This document shows positions 1 through 10,319 of a DNA stretch of 64,000 nucleotides, in pieces. Under the pieces are notes generated by a model. The model saw only the letters and a program-made list of their open reading frames with translations. It made no database searches and was not told the DNA's origin. The translations under genes and the position numbers were made by a program. The DNA is taken from NCBI GenBank assembly GCA_965655095.1, contig OZ296658.1:89900001-89964000 (forward strand). Direction: 5' to 3'. The first letter of the stretch is position 1; the number at the start of each line of letters is the position of its first letter. This DNA is from Haplodiscus bocki. Its lineage: Eukaryota.

Positions 1-491
1 AAAATGTCGACAAGTTTCCCTTCGTAAGTGGTGTTTTTCATTACACAGAATCCCATTCCTTTGTCAAATGGGACAGCTTTCAACTTCTCTTTCGTGAGGT
101 ACTTTTTGACTTTGTTCAGCATTGGGTCTTCACGCTGTTTCTTCATTTCTTTATTGTACCAAAGTGCCAGTGCATTCACTTCATCCAAATTTTCCTTGGA
201 TGCGCCATTACTATTGAGATTATGGAGCAAACCATCTATGTCCGCAAGGAATTGGATCTCGTTGAATTTGTCCAGTATGGGATGCTTGGGTCCAAGCGAA
301 AGGTACTCCAGAATTTTTGAGGGAACCTTCAAGTCATCCAGAACTTTGACAGTATCACCGACATTGCAAAGGGGTTTGCTTTGCTTTTCAGCCAACATCT
401 GCAGCTTGTTGGCTGAAATATTAGTACCAGCTACTGTTACAGTACACTGGATTTTGTAAGTAAATGGATTTTGAGACTTGAATGGAGTCAT
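1..491 (-). CDS. Penelope-like retroelement RT ORF, N-terminal part (continues beyond the left window edge)
   Basis: The minus-strand frame from the ATG at 491 is open to the edge: MTPFKSQNPFTYKIQ...VKVLDDLKVPSKILEYLSLGPKHPILDKFNEIQFLADIDGLL...KLKAVPFDKGMGFCVMKNTTYEGKLVDI. The LSLGPK and DKG..V-M...Y..KL motifs are typical of the N-terminal region of Penelope-like RTs. It is missing from the ORF track because it has no stop in the window. Confidence 0.8.
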   Translation of the reverse strand, partial: MTPFKSQNPFTYKIQCTVTVAGTNISANKLQMLAEKQSKPLCNVGDTVKVLDDLKVPSKILEYLSLGPKHPILDKFNEIQFLADIDGLLHNLNSNGASKENLDEVNALALWYNKEMKKQREDPMLNKVKKYLTKEKLKAVPFDKGMGFCVMKNTTYEGKLVDI

Positions 492-1037
492 CTTATTTTA
501 GCTTATATGTCGGTGTTTTATTCTTCAAGAACGTACAATACAGTAGTAAAAGTAACTTTGTAACTTCATTTTGGTTTGTCTTAAACGTTTTAAACAAAAA
601 CCAATCTGATCTAAATAATTACCACAGCAACTTTTGCTTCTTTCACATTGTTTTTTCAGAATTTGCTATTTTTGAGCGTTTTCCACACTGAGTGCAAGTG
701 TTTCGTCACAAAGTGTAATTCACCTATACTGCTGACATTATACTGTATACAAACAGACACAACTTGACACTTTTGACGTCAAAATCGTGAGGACGAGACA
801 AGTGAGGAAGAGAGGTCAAAGAATGTTCCTGTAATATCCAACGTCTTCGATATGCATGTTTAAAACGGCACTCTATACACGCTTCTTATGCAGTAGCTTA
901 TTTAAAATGATACTGATATCTTTTGACAAAACAATTCATGCTGAAGTCGCCACAAAACAAGCATGGTCACCTTCATCGACTTTTATTTACAGGCGTCTTC
1001 TCAAACAGGCTTAAGCTCTGTCGTCATTCCTCTAGCT

Positions 1038-1412
1038 CAGTGGTTTTCAACCGGGGTTCCCAGAACCTTAAGGTTCCGGCAGTACAATTCAGGGGTTCCG
1101 CAGCTTCTCAATTTTAACAACGGATATATAACTTGTTATCTACACCATCTATTTAATTCTCATAGGCATACTTAAAAAAACTTCCTTTTGACTTTTCTAT
1201 AAGACTAAATGTAATTTGTTAGAGCTGGTACAATTTTGTTTTCATTTCATGTACCAACCTCCAAAAGATGAATACTTTCATGTCTTTACATTTTTTATAG
1301 TACTTTAATAAATGCTTCTGGCATAAAACAACGAGAATATTGCCCAGGGGTTCCGCGAGCCAAAAGAATGTTTCCAGGTGTTCCACTCCAGCAAAAAGGT
1401 TGAAAAGCACTG
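1038..1412. mobile_element. Non-autonomous hAT (Charlie-like) MITE
   Basis: TIRs CAGTGGTTTTCAACC / GGTTGAAAAGCACTG (14/15 match). 8-bp TSD CTCTAGCT (1030-1037) / ATCTAGCT (1413-1420) with a TCTAG core typical of Charlie targets. Subterminal GGTTCC repeats at both ends. Confidence 0.9.
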
Positions 1413-1943
1413 ATCTAGCTCATCAAAAATGCATCTCTTGCTAGAATCTGATAATATTCATCCAATAAACAACTTTCTGCAGAAATCCTGTTTGACAATA
1501 CAATCCTTGTAGGATTCTGGCAACATTTTTCCTGCAGCATACTTCTTGAAAGATGAACAACCTAGCAAAAAAGTGTTTTTTTCCAGCTACGGTCTTTTTC
1601 CTTCTGTTTTCTGACGATAAAATATCAATCAACAACTTTGTAATCACTGTTTGTCGCAGTAACGAAACACCAGAAAAGTCAAAAAATGGTTTTGGGGTAA
1701 TTAAATGGTTCCAATTGGAAGTGAAAGGAAAATTTCGAAAGCTATGTTTTCATTTGCCAGGAAGAGCGACAAATGCCAAGAAAACCAGAATTTGGGCTCT
1801 TGTTAGTCTTTATAATGTATCAAAAACCGAGCACAATCTGGCATTTCTAGACCAAGTCTTATCAAAGAATTGCAAAACTCAAACCAAAAACGAGGTCTCA
1901 AGCGTTTGGATGAAAGTCGAACAGCTACAACTTAACTGGGTAC

Positions 1944-2076
1944 CTGTATATGACGTAATAGTGGACTCCTCTGAGTGACGTCCTTTGAGTTTCTGGGCAT
2001 GCACGTGTCTCTTCAACCTATTCTGAACATCCTCGTCCATCCACTCGAACATGCCCCTCGTCATCTCTTCTATCAC
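1944..2076 (-). other. Possible isolated host-gene exon (VIEEMTRGMFEWMDEDVQNRLKRHVHAQKLKGRHSEESTITSYT)
   Basis: Stop-free, higher-GC, protein-like stretch bounded on the minus strand by ...gacag|GTG and ...TACAG|gtaccc. No homologue recognised. Confidence 0.35.
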
Positions 2077-3134
2077 CTGTCGCACAAAAGCTCAATAAAT
2101 AGAATGCTCAATAAGACACCTCGAAAATTCCGGGATACTTTCCGCCTTGCAAATTAGGGAACGAACGTTAAAAAGATGTAATTCGAACGGAAATTATTCA
2201 AGAATGGCCTTATATCTAGAAAAGTACGAACTTTTGTATTTCTCTTCAAAACAAACAAATTTGGAGACACACGATTTTTTGAAAAGAAACTTCTATATAA
2301 GACTGCTAAATTTAGAAGAATTTGATGGAAAAAAAATCAGTGTCTTTTGCCTATCTTGCAAATTTCAAGTTCAAAAACCTGAAAGTTTAATGAGTGATTT
2401 TTCTTCCATATATGGCATAGGGGCGGAAACTAACAAACTGCGATTGAAAAAAAAAGAAAACATTGTAATAGTTTGGCTTGTTTCATGCGCCCGCTACGAA
2501 AGGGTCTGACTCTGGGCGCCAATGTAGCGGATATCTTAGGCAGGCACTAGCAACAATATTTGGGGCATCGGGAAGAGAAGTAGAGAACCACGGGAAATTT
2601 TCTACGCCCCTGACGTCGTGAAATTATAACTCCCATTTCCGTGTTGGATTCTGGGAGGATGAAGAAGATTACATTGTGGATTGATATCTCACGAAACTCA
2701 AACTCATTCTACCTACTGAGACCTAAAATTGTGCAATGAACCTGTGTTGCCCTATACTCATGTTGTCGAGTCTCACTACTCAGTACCTAAAATGCTGAAA
2801 CAAAAAATTCTGTTCCTTCAATTAGGCAACTAATTAGGAATAATAGTATATACCGTTTGTTACCTAGCAGTCCGCTTTGAAAAAGGAGTAACTCTGCCAG
2901 GTAGACCATTTTTGTATTTCTGCCCAGTTGACTGGTTTCGCGTATGAGTAATTTGTGAATCGAATTTCGATAAGACTTTTGAAGTTTTGTTTTTGGTAGA
3001 ATTGCGAAAAGTCACAATCCCATAAACTTTCCATATAAAATTTAACCATATCTTGAAAAACTTTCCCCGTTAAATTTGAAAAAAGCTCCACAGATAACAA
3101 AAAAAAATGTGAAAACAAAAAAGTGAGATATCAC

Positions 3135-3339
3135 TGCTCTATAACACGGCTAAAAGTAAAATTATTCGATAGAAATTCTTATTCAACTTGATTCACAGAG
3201 TCCAAACAGTAACAGTTATGGCAAGGTTCAGCAAATAAAAGTCAAACGGCAACTCAAAGTTTATCAATGTTTACCAACATAAGGTGTTCCATAAAGAAGA
3301 AGTATGATTCGGTTACGTAACCAGAAAACCCGTAGAACA
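3135..3339 (-). repeat. 3' LTR of element B (205 bp)
   Basis: Minus strand begins TGTTCTA right after a PPT and ends TAGAGCA (imperfect terminal inverted repeat). It aligns with the 20478-20683 segment present in every satellite unit (shared GATTCACAGAG, TAAAAGTCAAAC, TCAAAGTTTA, AATGTTTAC, GGTTACGTAA). Confidence 0.85.
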
Positions 3340-3352
3340 TTCTTTTCCCTCC
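3340..3352 (-). promoter_or_regulatory. Polypurine tract of element B
   Basis: GGAGGGAAAAGAA on the minus strand, directly before the TG of the 3' LTR. Confidence 0.8.
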
Positions 3353-3399
3353 AGTTTTTTTTCAATCCGGTGCTAATCAGTATTATCAGGGAACTAATC

Positions 3400-4393
3400 G
3401 GAGTTTTCATCGTCCGAAGTCATTTTTATTAATTACTTTCGGGGCTGTTGGTTCATTTTGGGTCAAGCCTGCAAAAAAATTAAGAAAAGGTTATACTTTC
3501 AAATGTATGGTATGGTACCTAAACGTTTTGGTGGTCTAAAGTCTAGGTGAGATCTCCGTATTTTATGTATTTCGTTTACAGTGGCATCCCTATTCGCACC
3601 AATACTGTTGATTTTTTCCTATTACTTCAGTAACAGTGCCAATGCCGAGTTTTTTTTCTCCTCTTTCTAAATTCTTTAAAAGGCAGACGTGTACAGATTT
3701 CATTTAGGACCTGCTGTACCACTCAAACTCACTGTTTCCTTCGTCAGACTACACTTGTCTTATCATGACTCCAGTTTCAGCGGTTTTTAGTTCCTTTCTT
3801 TGTCTATCTCAGAAACACTCAGTATTTTCCAACAGCTCCTCTAAGTTTATGCTCGTTCGCGGACGTATACCTCTTTGTGGATTTCTCAAGAAGAAACGGC
3901 GCTGGTAAAAATTTCCAGCGTAATATATTATCTGCGATTAACGACGTGCACTTAGTACATCCTATTGGTACCTCGGTTTCTTTCTGTAGTTTCTTTTCAT
4001 TGACTTTTTATCATTCTTGTTTTCGGGAAATGGGCGAGCAAAGGTATTTGAATTTCTCACTGACCAGATTTATCGACCTTTGTTATGGGGCCTTTATCCT
4101 GAGCAACAAAGTATTTTTCTCTCGCGTGAAAGATCTTTTTTATCCGTGTGTGCCAGATCCGGCTCACTTAGATTGGAATGTGTTTCAGTGCTACTGAAAA
4201 ATTCAAGTTTGTCAAATCAGAAAAGTAGTTTTTGTCATTTTTACTTATACTGTTCTTGGTCATCTACCGAGAGGAAACTGAAATGGAGTGTTTTTCAGTC
4301 CGATGTGTATTGCGAATTCCTTTACTCTCATCAACTGATTTTGAACGGAAACATCAAACGGATTTTGGATTATGAATTTGCTATTATTGAATT
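3400..4393 (-). pseudogene. Integrase C-terminal part and pol tail of element B (degenerate)
   Basis: Minus strand reads ...NSIIAN...IHIGLKNTPFQFPLGR*PRT, resembling the TPF-x-L-x-x-GR-x-PRT integrase C-terminal motif. It continues the frame broken at 16154. Confidence 0.7.
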
Positions 4394-5831
4394 TATGACA
4401 ATCAAAGATCATCAACCAAAGAAACAACACGAATATTACAACACGAACATTTTTGAACTAATCTCCTATTCGAAAGTTTGGCGCCCACTTCAATTATTCC
4501 TAAATTAAAGAGTACCTATCATACTTCTGATCACGCCGTGTCTTGTGACAACACATTATTCCACTTTAATGAAATAAAAGTGCATATTTAAAAAACAAAG
4601 ACGATAAAAATCTGCTGCTTTAACAATCTCTTGGAGACGGCCGCCACACCACAGCTACGTCCTGTAAACGCTTTGGTAATCAACATTCCAGAACATTTCA
4701 AGGACGGACTCCAGAAACTTTTTACGACATCGATCGCACGAGATCGACAAAAATAGCCAAAATATCGTCAAAATACTAAAAAGAGAGAAAATTGATGACG
4801 CGGAGCGGGGTATAAAAGCTAGAGATCCGAAACTCTAATTTCAGTGCTCGACTCAACTATTCAAAAACCCAACATCGGCGTTCGACGTCTTTCGTGTTCA
4901 AAATTCAAAACTTTAAAATCCACATTCGACGTCTAATTTTCTTCAATCTTTAACCTTTCAAAAGAACTCCAGAAACTACAAAACTGGAGGTCTTTCTGGA
5001 ATTTTAAACATCATCATAATCTGTACAAAGAGCAACATCTTTCTGAACTTTTCGGACTTTTGGACTCTCTCAGAAGACTAAACAATCAATATTCATCAAA
5101 GACAACCCATTTCTCCATCAGCACCTCCACTCAAGAACAATGTCGTGAGTGAAATTCATTTGTTTGATAATTAAAAATTCTCATAAAAACAATTTTACCT
5201 AAATATATCGAAGTGAAAGAGAACGTATTCAACTGACTTCATAAACTTGTTTATTCCATTTTGTAACACCAAGCTTTAAACAAATCCTTTTAGTTACCCC
5301 CAAGTAGTTAAAACTACTTTACCGATTCAAGAGTAGTACAGTAATTCCAGACTCACTACTAACAAGCTAATTAGGTGACGAGAACCAGAAATGCGCATTC
5401 AAAAGGAAGGAAAAGAATTTTTTTGAGTAAAATGAAACTTGCTCAAGAAAAGACAGAACCACCACCAACAGTAGAAAAAAAAGTTGATATCAAAGAATAA
5501 AAAAGGTGCTCTAAAGGAAATAACTCGTTTTCAAGGAGTTTAATATTACTGAAATTGGCTTAATCCCAGACGGATAAAATAAGTAAAAGCCCGATTAGGT
5601 CCTGGTCCGCCAGAGACTGATTGCAAGCTGTGAGCCCAGAGATTATAAGGTACCAACGTAGCATCTCCCTGTCGAGAACCAAGTAGAACTTCCAAAGTCT
5701 GCAGTACTGACTAATGCATGATTGTGAACTGGACGTCTCGATCTTATTCCCAAGGGTGTAGAGTGATCACTATTGAGCACTTCATTGAAAAAGAAGAAAT
5801 TTAAGCCACTGCCGCATACACACACGTCACA
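4394..5831 (+). repeat. 5' LTR of element A (1438 bp)
   Basis: Direct repeat of 14713-16153. Termini TATGAC...GTCACA (probably decayed TGTGAC/GTCACA). Followed by the PBS. Confidence 0.93.
4811..4817 (+). promoter_or_regulatory. TATA box in LTR A (copy at 15126-15132)
   Basis: GGGTATAAAAGC is conserved in both LTRs about 420 bp into the LTR. Confidence 0.6.
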
Positions 5832-5836
5832 AAAAA

Positions 5837-5854
5837 TGGTGAGAAGGGTGGGAT
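5837..5854 (+). promoter_or_regulatory. Primer-binding site of element A (tRNA-Leu-like)
   Basis: TGGTGAGAAGGGTGGGAT lies 5 nt after the LTR. It is complementary to a tRNA 3' end ATCCCACCCTTCTCACCA, and the TGGTG...GTGGGAT pattern is typical of tRNA-Leu primers. Confidence 0.75.
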
Positions 5855-6079
5855 GTGTGAGATTCTGAATTTTTTCTCCCCTTTTCTTGTAAAACGTATA
5901 TCAATTGTTCTTTTAGCTTCAGTTCGCTGGTAAGTAGTAAGTCGATATGTCTTTTCAGATACAGAACGGTTAGTCTCTAAAAACTAAAGGGAAATAGTTT
6001 GCTTATTTCAAAAACAAATTGGTTGAACAAAACTTTAAAACGACGCGTTTTTGTTAAAATTCAAAAAGACTTAAGAACA

Positions 6080-7354
6080 ATGGGAATACAAAATGGCACC
6101 ATCCGGACCCAGATCAAGAGCAGCCTCGTCTAGCAGAGTTGGTGGACCGGGATTCGGCAGCGGCGGTTCGGTATCCCTCACTCCTTTTTAACCTGCCGCA
6201 CCAATTACATCAGGGGCCTCCACCGGTGCAGTTTTCACAGCACTCCCTTCAAGTTTATTGCCAGAAGCGTTCCCCGGCGAAAGAGATTTTGAAGATTAAT
6301 TGCAACAATTCACAACAGCAGCAAGAATTTCAGGTTTGCAAACAGCCACAACTGACAATCGACTGTACTATTTTGCACTTGGACTAAAAGAAAATGCACT
6401 GCGTTTCTATACAAAAATCAACGTAGCACAACAACATGATTTTGATCAAATAGTAGCAGCTTTTCGCCCAACATATACCACAAATGTTGAGGCCCGTAAG
6501 GCAAATTGAAAGCTGCTAAACAGCAGCCAAACCAAACCATTCCAGCTTTTCTTTGTGATGTACGAACGCTTGCAAAAAGGGTATATGGGACAACCAGATA
6601 TCGAAGAACAAATGGTCCTCACCAGTTTCATCGAAGGTCTCCACGATGCCCAACTCAGTTGCATTGGAACTTCGAAAGAGCAAACCAGCCAGTCCAAATG
6701 CTGCTCTTGCCCTCGCAGTTGAACTGAATGCTTTCTTGGAAAGGGATCCCAGTCTCAAATGTGGATTCCGAGCCAGAGTGAACATGCTTTCAGCCACTCC
6801 ATCTCAAACGCTGATGGCATCAACATCTAACTCACAAGATGACATGATGGGAACACTGATACAAATAACCTGCCAAGAAATTTAAAAAGCTTTACCTCAG
6901 GCAAGTCAAAACTCCTCTCATTTACGTTCTACTAGTGCCGACGGTCGTTCCGTTCGTTTTAATAGTCCGGGACCGAATAAACAAAGTGACAATTCAAATC
7001 AAAATCGTAAATACAGAAACCAAACAAATTCAAATATTGATAACGACCGATAAAATTATAATCAAAACAATAGATACAACAAGTGGCAAGCAACAAAACA
7101 ACAGATACAACAACAATCACAATACACCAAGTCAGCCACAAGGCAGAAACAACACGAACCAACAACCTTGTAGACATTGTAACAGAACAAACAACCAATC
7201 CAGAGATTGTCAAACTTGTTTCAACTCGGAAGGCCGGGACATAACTCTTAAGAGTGTCGAGCACCACAAACAAGTCAGAACAAAAGGCAACAAAATCCGA
7301 ACACCAACCAAAACCATCAGAATTTGCGGAAAACAACCAAGACCACAACACTAA
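6080..7354 (+). pseudogene. gag of element A (frameshifted)
   Basis: Fragments LQQFTTAARISG...YYFALGLKENALRFY, KAAKQQPNQTIPAFLCDVRTLAKRVY, MVLTSFIEGL, ELRKSKPASPNAALALAVEL, an Asn/Gln-rich linker, and decayed tandem zinc knuckles (CRHCNRTNNQSRDC..CFN.GRPGH..EC). Confidence 0.85.
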
Positions 7355-7479
7355 CTCCTCACAGCATTAAAATACTTTTAACTAGGCCAGTCTACGTCCC
7401 AGGGTCAACACATAGACGACACTAACGGAGCCCACTCACTCAGTTTCTTAATTCCGTAAAAGATCATCGAAGTTTTAAG

Positions 7480-7800
7480 TACAGAACTTATTTTGGAACA
7501 AACGGGTAGAAGTCGTTTGCGATAGTGGAGCGAGCGTGTCATGTCTTAGCTAAAAACTTTTCAAACGGAATAACGAAAATCATCAAGTCAAAAAACAACC
7601 AAGTACAACAAGACCCAGCACTGCATATCAGATGCCCATTCAAGCTATAGGGACAGTGGGGTCGTACCAATCCAAATAAGTCCAAAAAAAAGTACGAGCA
7701 TACATTTTACGTCTTAATTGAAGCTGCATCGGATCGTCTACTCGAATTTGATTTTCTTGAAACAAAAAAATGCGATGCATTATTTTCAGAAGCCAAATAG
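7480..7800 (+). pseudogene. Aspartic protease of element A
   Basis: VEVVCDSGASVSCLS at ~7507-7550 (DSG motif), followed by a decayed LLG.DFL-like motif near 7740. Confidence 0.85.
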
Positions 7801-8269
7801 ATAATTGACTGAAACACTCTGGTCCCACTTTACAGAAAACAGTTTGCGTTCGACCAAAAGCAAGGTTATAGAGTAGTGGCATTAGGGAAAGTCTCATTTC
7901 CACCACAACATGTTATGTTTACGCCCGGCACAATCCCTGGTCGGAGAACGCCACCAGTAGCGAGAGTCGCCTTCGCCTTGTTTGAGCCGAGCGAGCACTT
8001 CATAAATGAAGAAAACCAATAGCACAGGATGAACTGCTTAGCTTTGAAAAAGTAATAGTTCTCATCACAATAGCAAATACAAAAGATGAGTTTTAACAAA
8101 ATGCAAAGATACATTTGGATCGTCCCAACTGGTATCAGATCGTCTGATACAAAAAAAAAATCAGAAACAAGCGAAAAAATACAATGAAGTAGACCACAAG
8201 TACGACTTGAAAAACGTCAAGAGAGCTATGAGTAAAGACATAAACATTAACTGCAGGGCAGATTTTCGA

Positions 8270-9560
8270 AATTTAATAGATGACTTTAGTGATATTTTTT
8301 TCAATCAATTAAAGAGACCTCGGAAAATGCGATGCAACTAGCCATAGAATAGATGTGAAGCCGCGCTCACAACTAATTAAACTAATAAACAGAATGCCAG
8401 TGCATTACGAAAATGACTTGAAAGAAAAACTAGATGCCTTAAGACAAAAGAACTGCTCACACTTTGTCAAAGTCCATATAGTGCGCCAGCAATGCTAGTA
8501 CCGAAAAAGAATGGAAAACTACGATTAGTAAGACTATATAAAACTGAATGAAGAAACAATCAAGTCCTGCTGGCCAATACCATCAATTGAAGAAGTTTTT
8601 GATAAACTTCAAGGAAGTGCCTACTTCACAACAATAGCTTCCAATAGAAGCTGATAGCCAAAACTACAGAGCATTTCAGTACACCTTTCGGAGCATTCAA
8701 ATGGCTACGCATGCCAATGGGATTGACCGGCAGTTCAAATACATTTCAGAGTTTAATGGAACACTTGTATTTTGGACTCGCATGGAACACTACCGTACCC
8801 TACTTAGATGATTGCATCATGTTTTCAAAAACACCAGAAGAACACATTAAACGATTGCAACAAGTCTTTCAAAGATATTGCAAAGCAAATCTGAAAACAA
8901 TCCAACAAAAAGTGCTTTTTTTCAAGAGCCAGTTCAATTCCTAGGACATGTAATCAGCAAGAAAAGATTGGAAGCCGATCCGGAAAAAGTCGAAGCAGAT
9001 CAAGACCTTCCCATACCACAAAATCAAACAGATTTTAAGTCGTTCTTAGGACTTTGTCCAAACTATAGACGATACATTCAAAAATTTGCTATGATGGCAC
9101 GACCACTGCTTAAAGCTAGTGAGACTAAGGGCTCTTTACTTGGACAGAAGAAACACAAAAAGCAATTGAGAGTTCAAAGAAACACATCAACACCAATTCT
9201 CGCATTCCCAGACGTAGAAGAACCATTGATTTTGTACACTGACGCAAGTTTAACAACAACGGGAGCAGTATTGGCTCTGTACAGGACGGAAAATAACGAG
9301 CTATTTGCCACGCATCCAAGGCACTTTCAAAATCTCGAACGAACTTTTCAGAAACAAAAAGAGAACTCTCAGCGATAGTAACTGTCACACGGTACTTCAA
9401 ACATCATCTCCTCGAAAGAAGATTCAAAATTGTCACTGATCACCATGCATTGCAGTGGCTACACAACTTTAACGATCCGAAAAGATTAACAGCAAGATGG
9501 TTCGAAAAGCTAGCAGCATTTGATTATGAAGTACAACACAGACCAGGATTCCCAGGATTA
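8270..9560 (+). pseudogene. Reverse transcriptase and RNase H of element A
   Basis: SPYSAPAMLVPKKNGKLRL, MPMGLTGSSNTFQSLM, YLDD (8801-8812), QFLGHVIS, FLGLCPNYRRYI, LYTDAS, VTDHHALQWL, ARWFEKLAAFDYEVQHRPG. Several stops and frameshifts. Confidence 0.95.
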
Positions 9561-9626
9561 CCGATTGCAAGTCAAGCTACTACTTCTGAAAACGGAAAAA
9601 ACCTAGATGAACAAAAGAGAACAAAT

Positions 9627-10053
9627 TTCTTTGAACTAATTCACACAAATAGTAATCTTTTCGAAACAAAAGACTCACTTGCAAACTATAGGAAAGGCTC
9701 ACTTGCACACTTTGAAGTCATCCGATTTCAAAATGATTGCAGGAATTGCTCGAAGTTTTAAGCGTAAGTTTTCGTACAACTTTCCAGAGAGAACCAACTC
9801 TCCACTTTCTGCTCAACAAGTAGATCATCGATTCATCTACCATTTAATTATGAAAAAACAGTTTTTCCAAAAGCCAACCTATGATAATTTAAGACAGTCA
9901 CTCGAAGGGATGACAAATCATGGTAATGCACATCAAGTCACTAGAATCGGTATGCCAAAAGCCGATTGTGGACTTGATAGATTAGAATGGCACAAAGTGG
10001 AACGCCTGATCAAAGAATTCTGCGCACAGTCAAACTTTACCATCACTGTCTAT
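9627..10053 (+). pseudogene. TARG1/OARD1 (Poa1p-like) macrodomain inside pol
   Basis: NLFETKDSLA..SSDFKMIAGIARSFKRKF...RFIYHLIMKKQFFQKPTYDNLRQSLEGMTNHGNAHQVTRIGMPKADCGLDRLEWHKVERLIKEFCAQSNFTITVY is collinear with human OARD1 as recalled (GDLF..[71 protein letters not shown]). Confidence 0.9.
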
Positions 10054-10319
10054 GATCAGAACAAAAATGAACAATGGCAGAAACAGGATGAAACACCAGT
10101 ACGCTCAGCATTGTGCACAGCACAACGACAAGATAATGCCTTGTCCCAAATCATTCAGTGGATCGAACGGGGAAAAGTGCCCATACCAAAAGAAGTGCAA
10201 GGACTTCCTCGGCTCGCATGGCAACTCAGCAATCAATTCAAAAGTTCACAACTCCTCGATGGAATTTTGTGCCGAAGATTTAAAACTGGAGATAGTGAAG
10301 AGGTATTACAACAAATAGT

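Noticed and set aside
28-459. 143-aa plus-strand ORF
   Set aside because: It is the antisense shadow of the Penelope-like RT frame on the minus strand.
1553-2509. Plus-strand ORFs of 141 and 120 aa
   Set aside because: No recognisable motifs, and the composition fits chance ORFs in AT-rich DNA.
3130-3134. Target-site duplication for element B
   Set aside because: The left flank TCAC does not match the right flank AAAC (20684-20687). The element is too old, or the array-side flank has changed, so no TSD is claimed.
9627-10053. Host OARD1 gene or processed pseudogene
   Set aside because: It has no separate start, stop, UTR, poly(A) or TSD, and is collinear with pol on both sides, so it was treated as an element domain and given no gene symbol.
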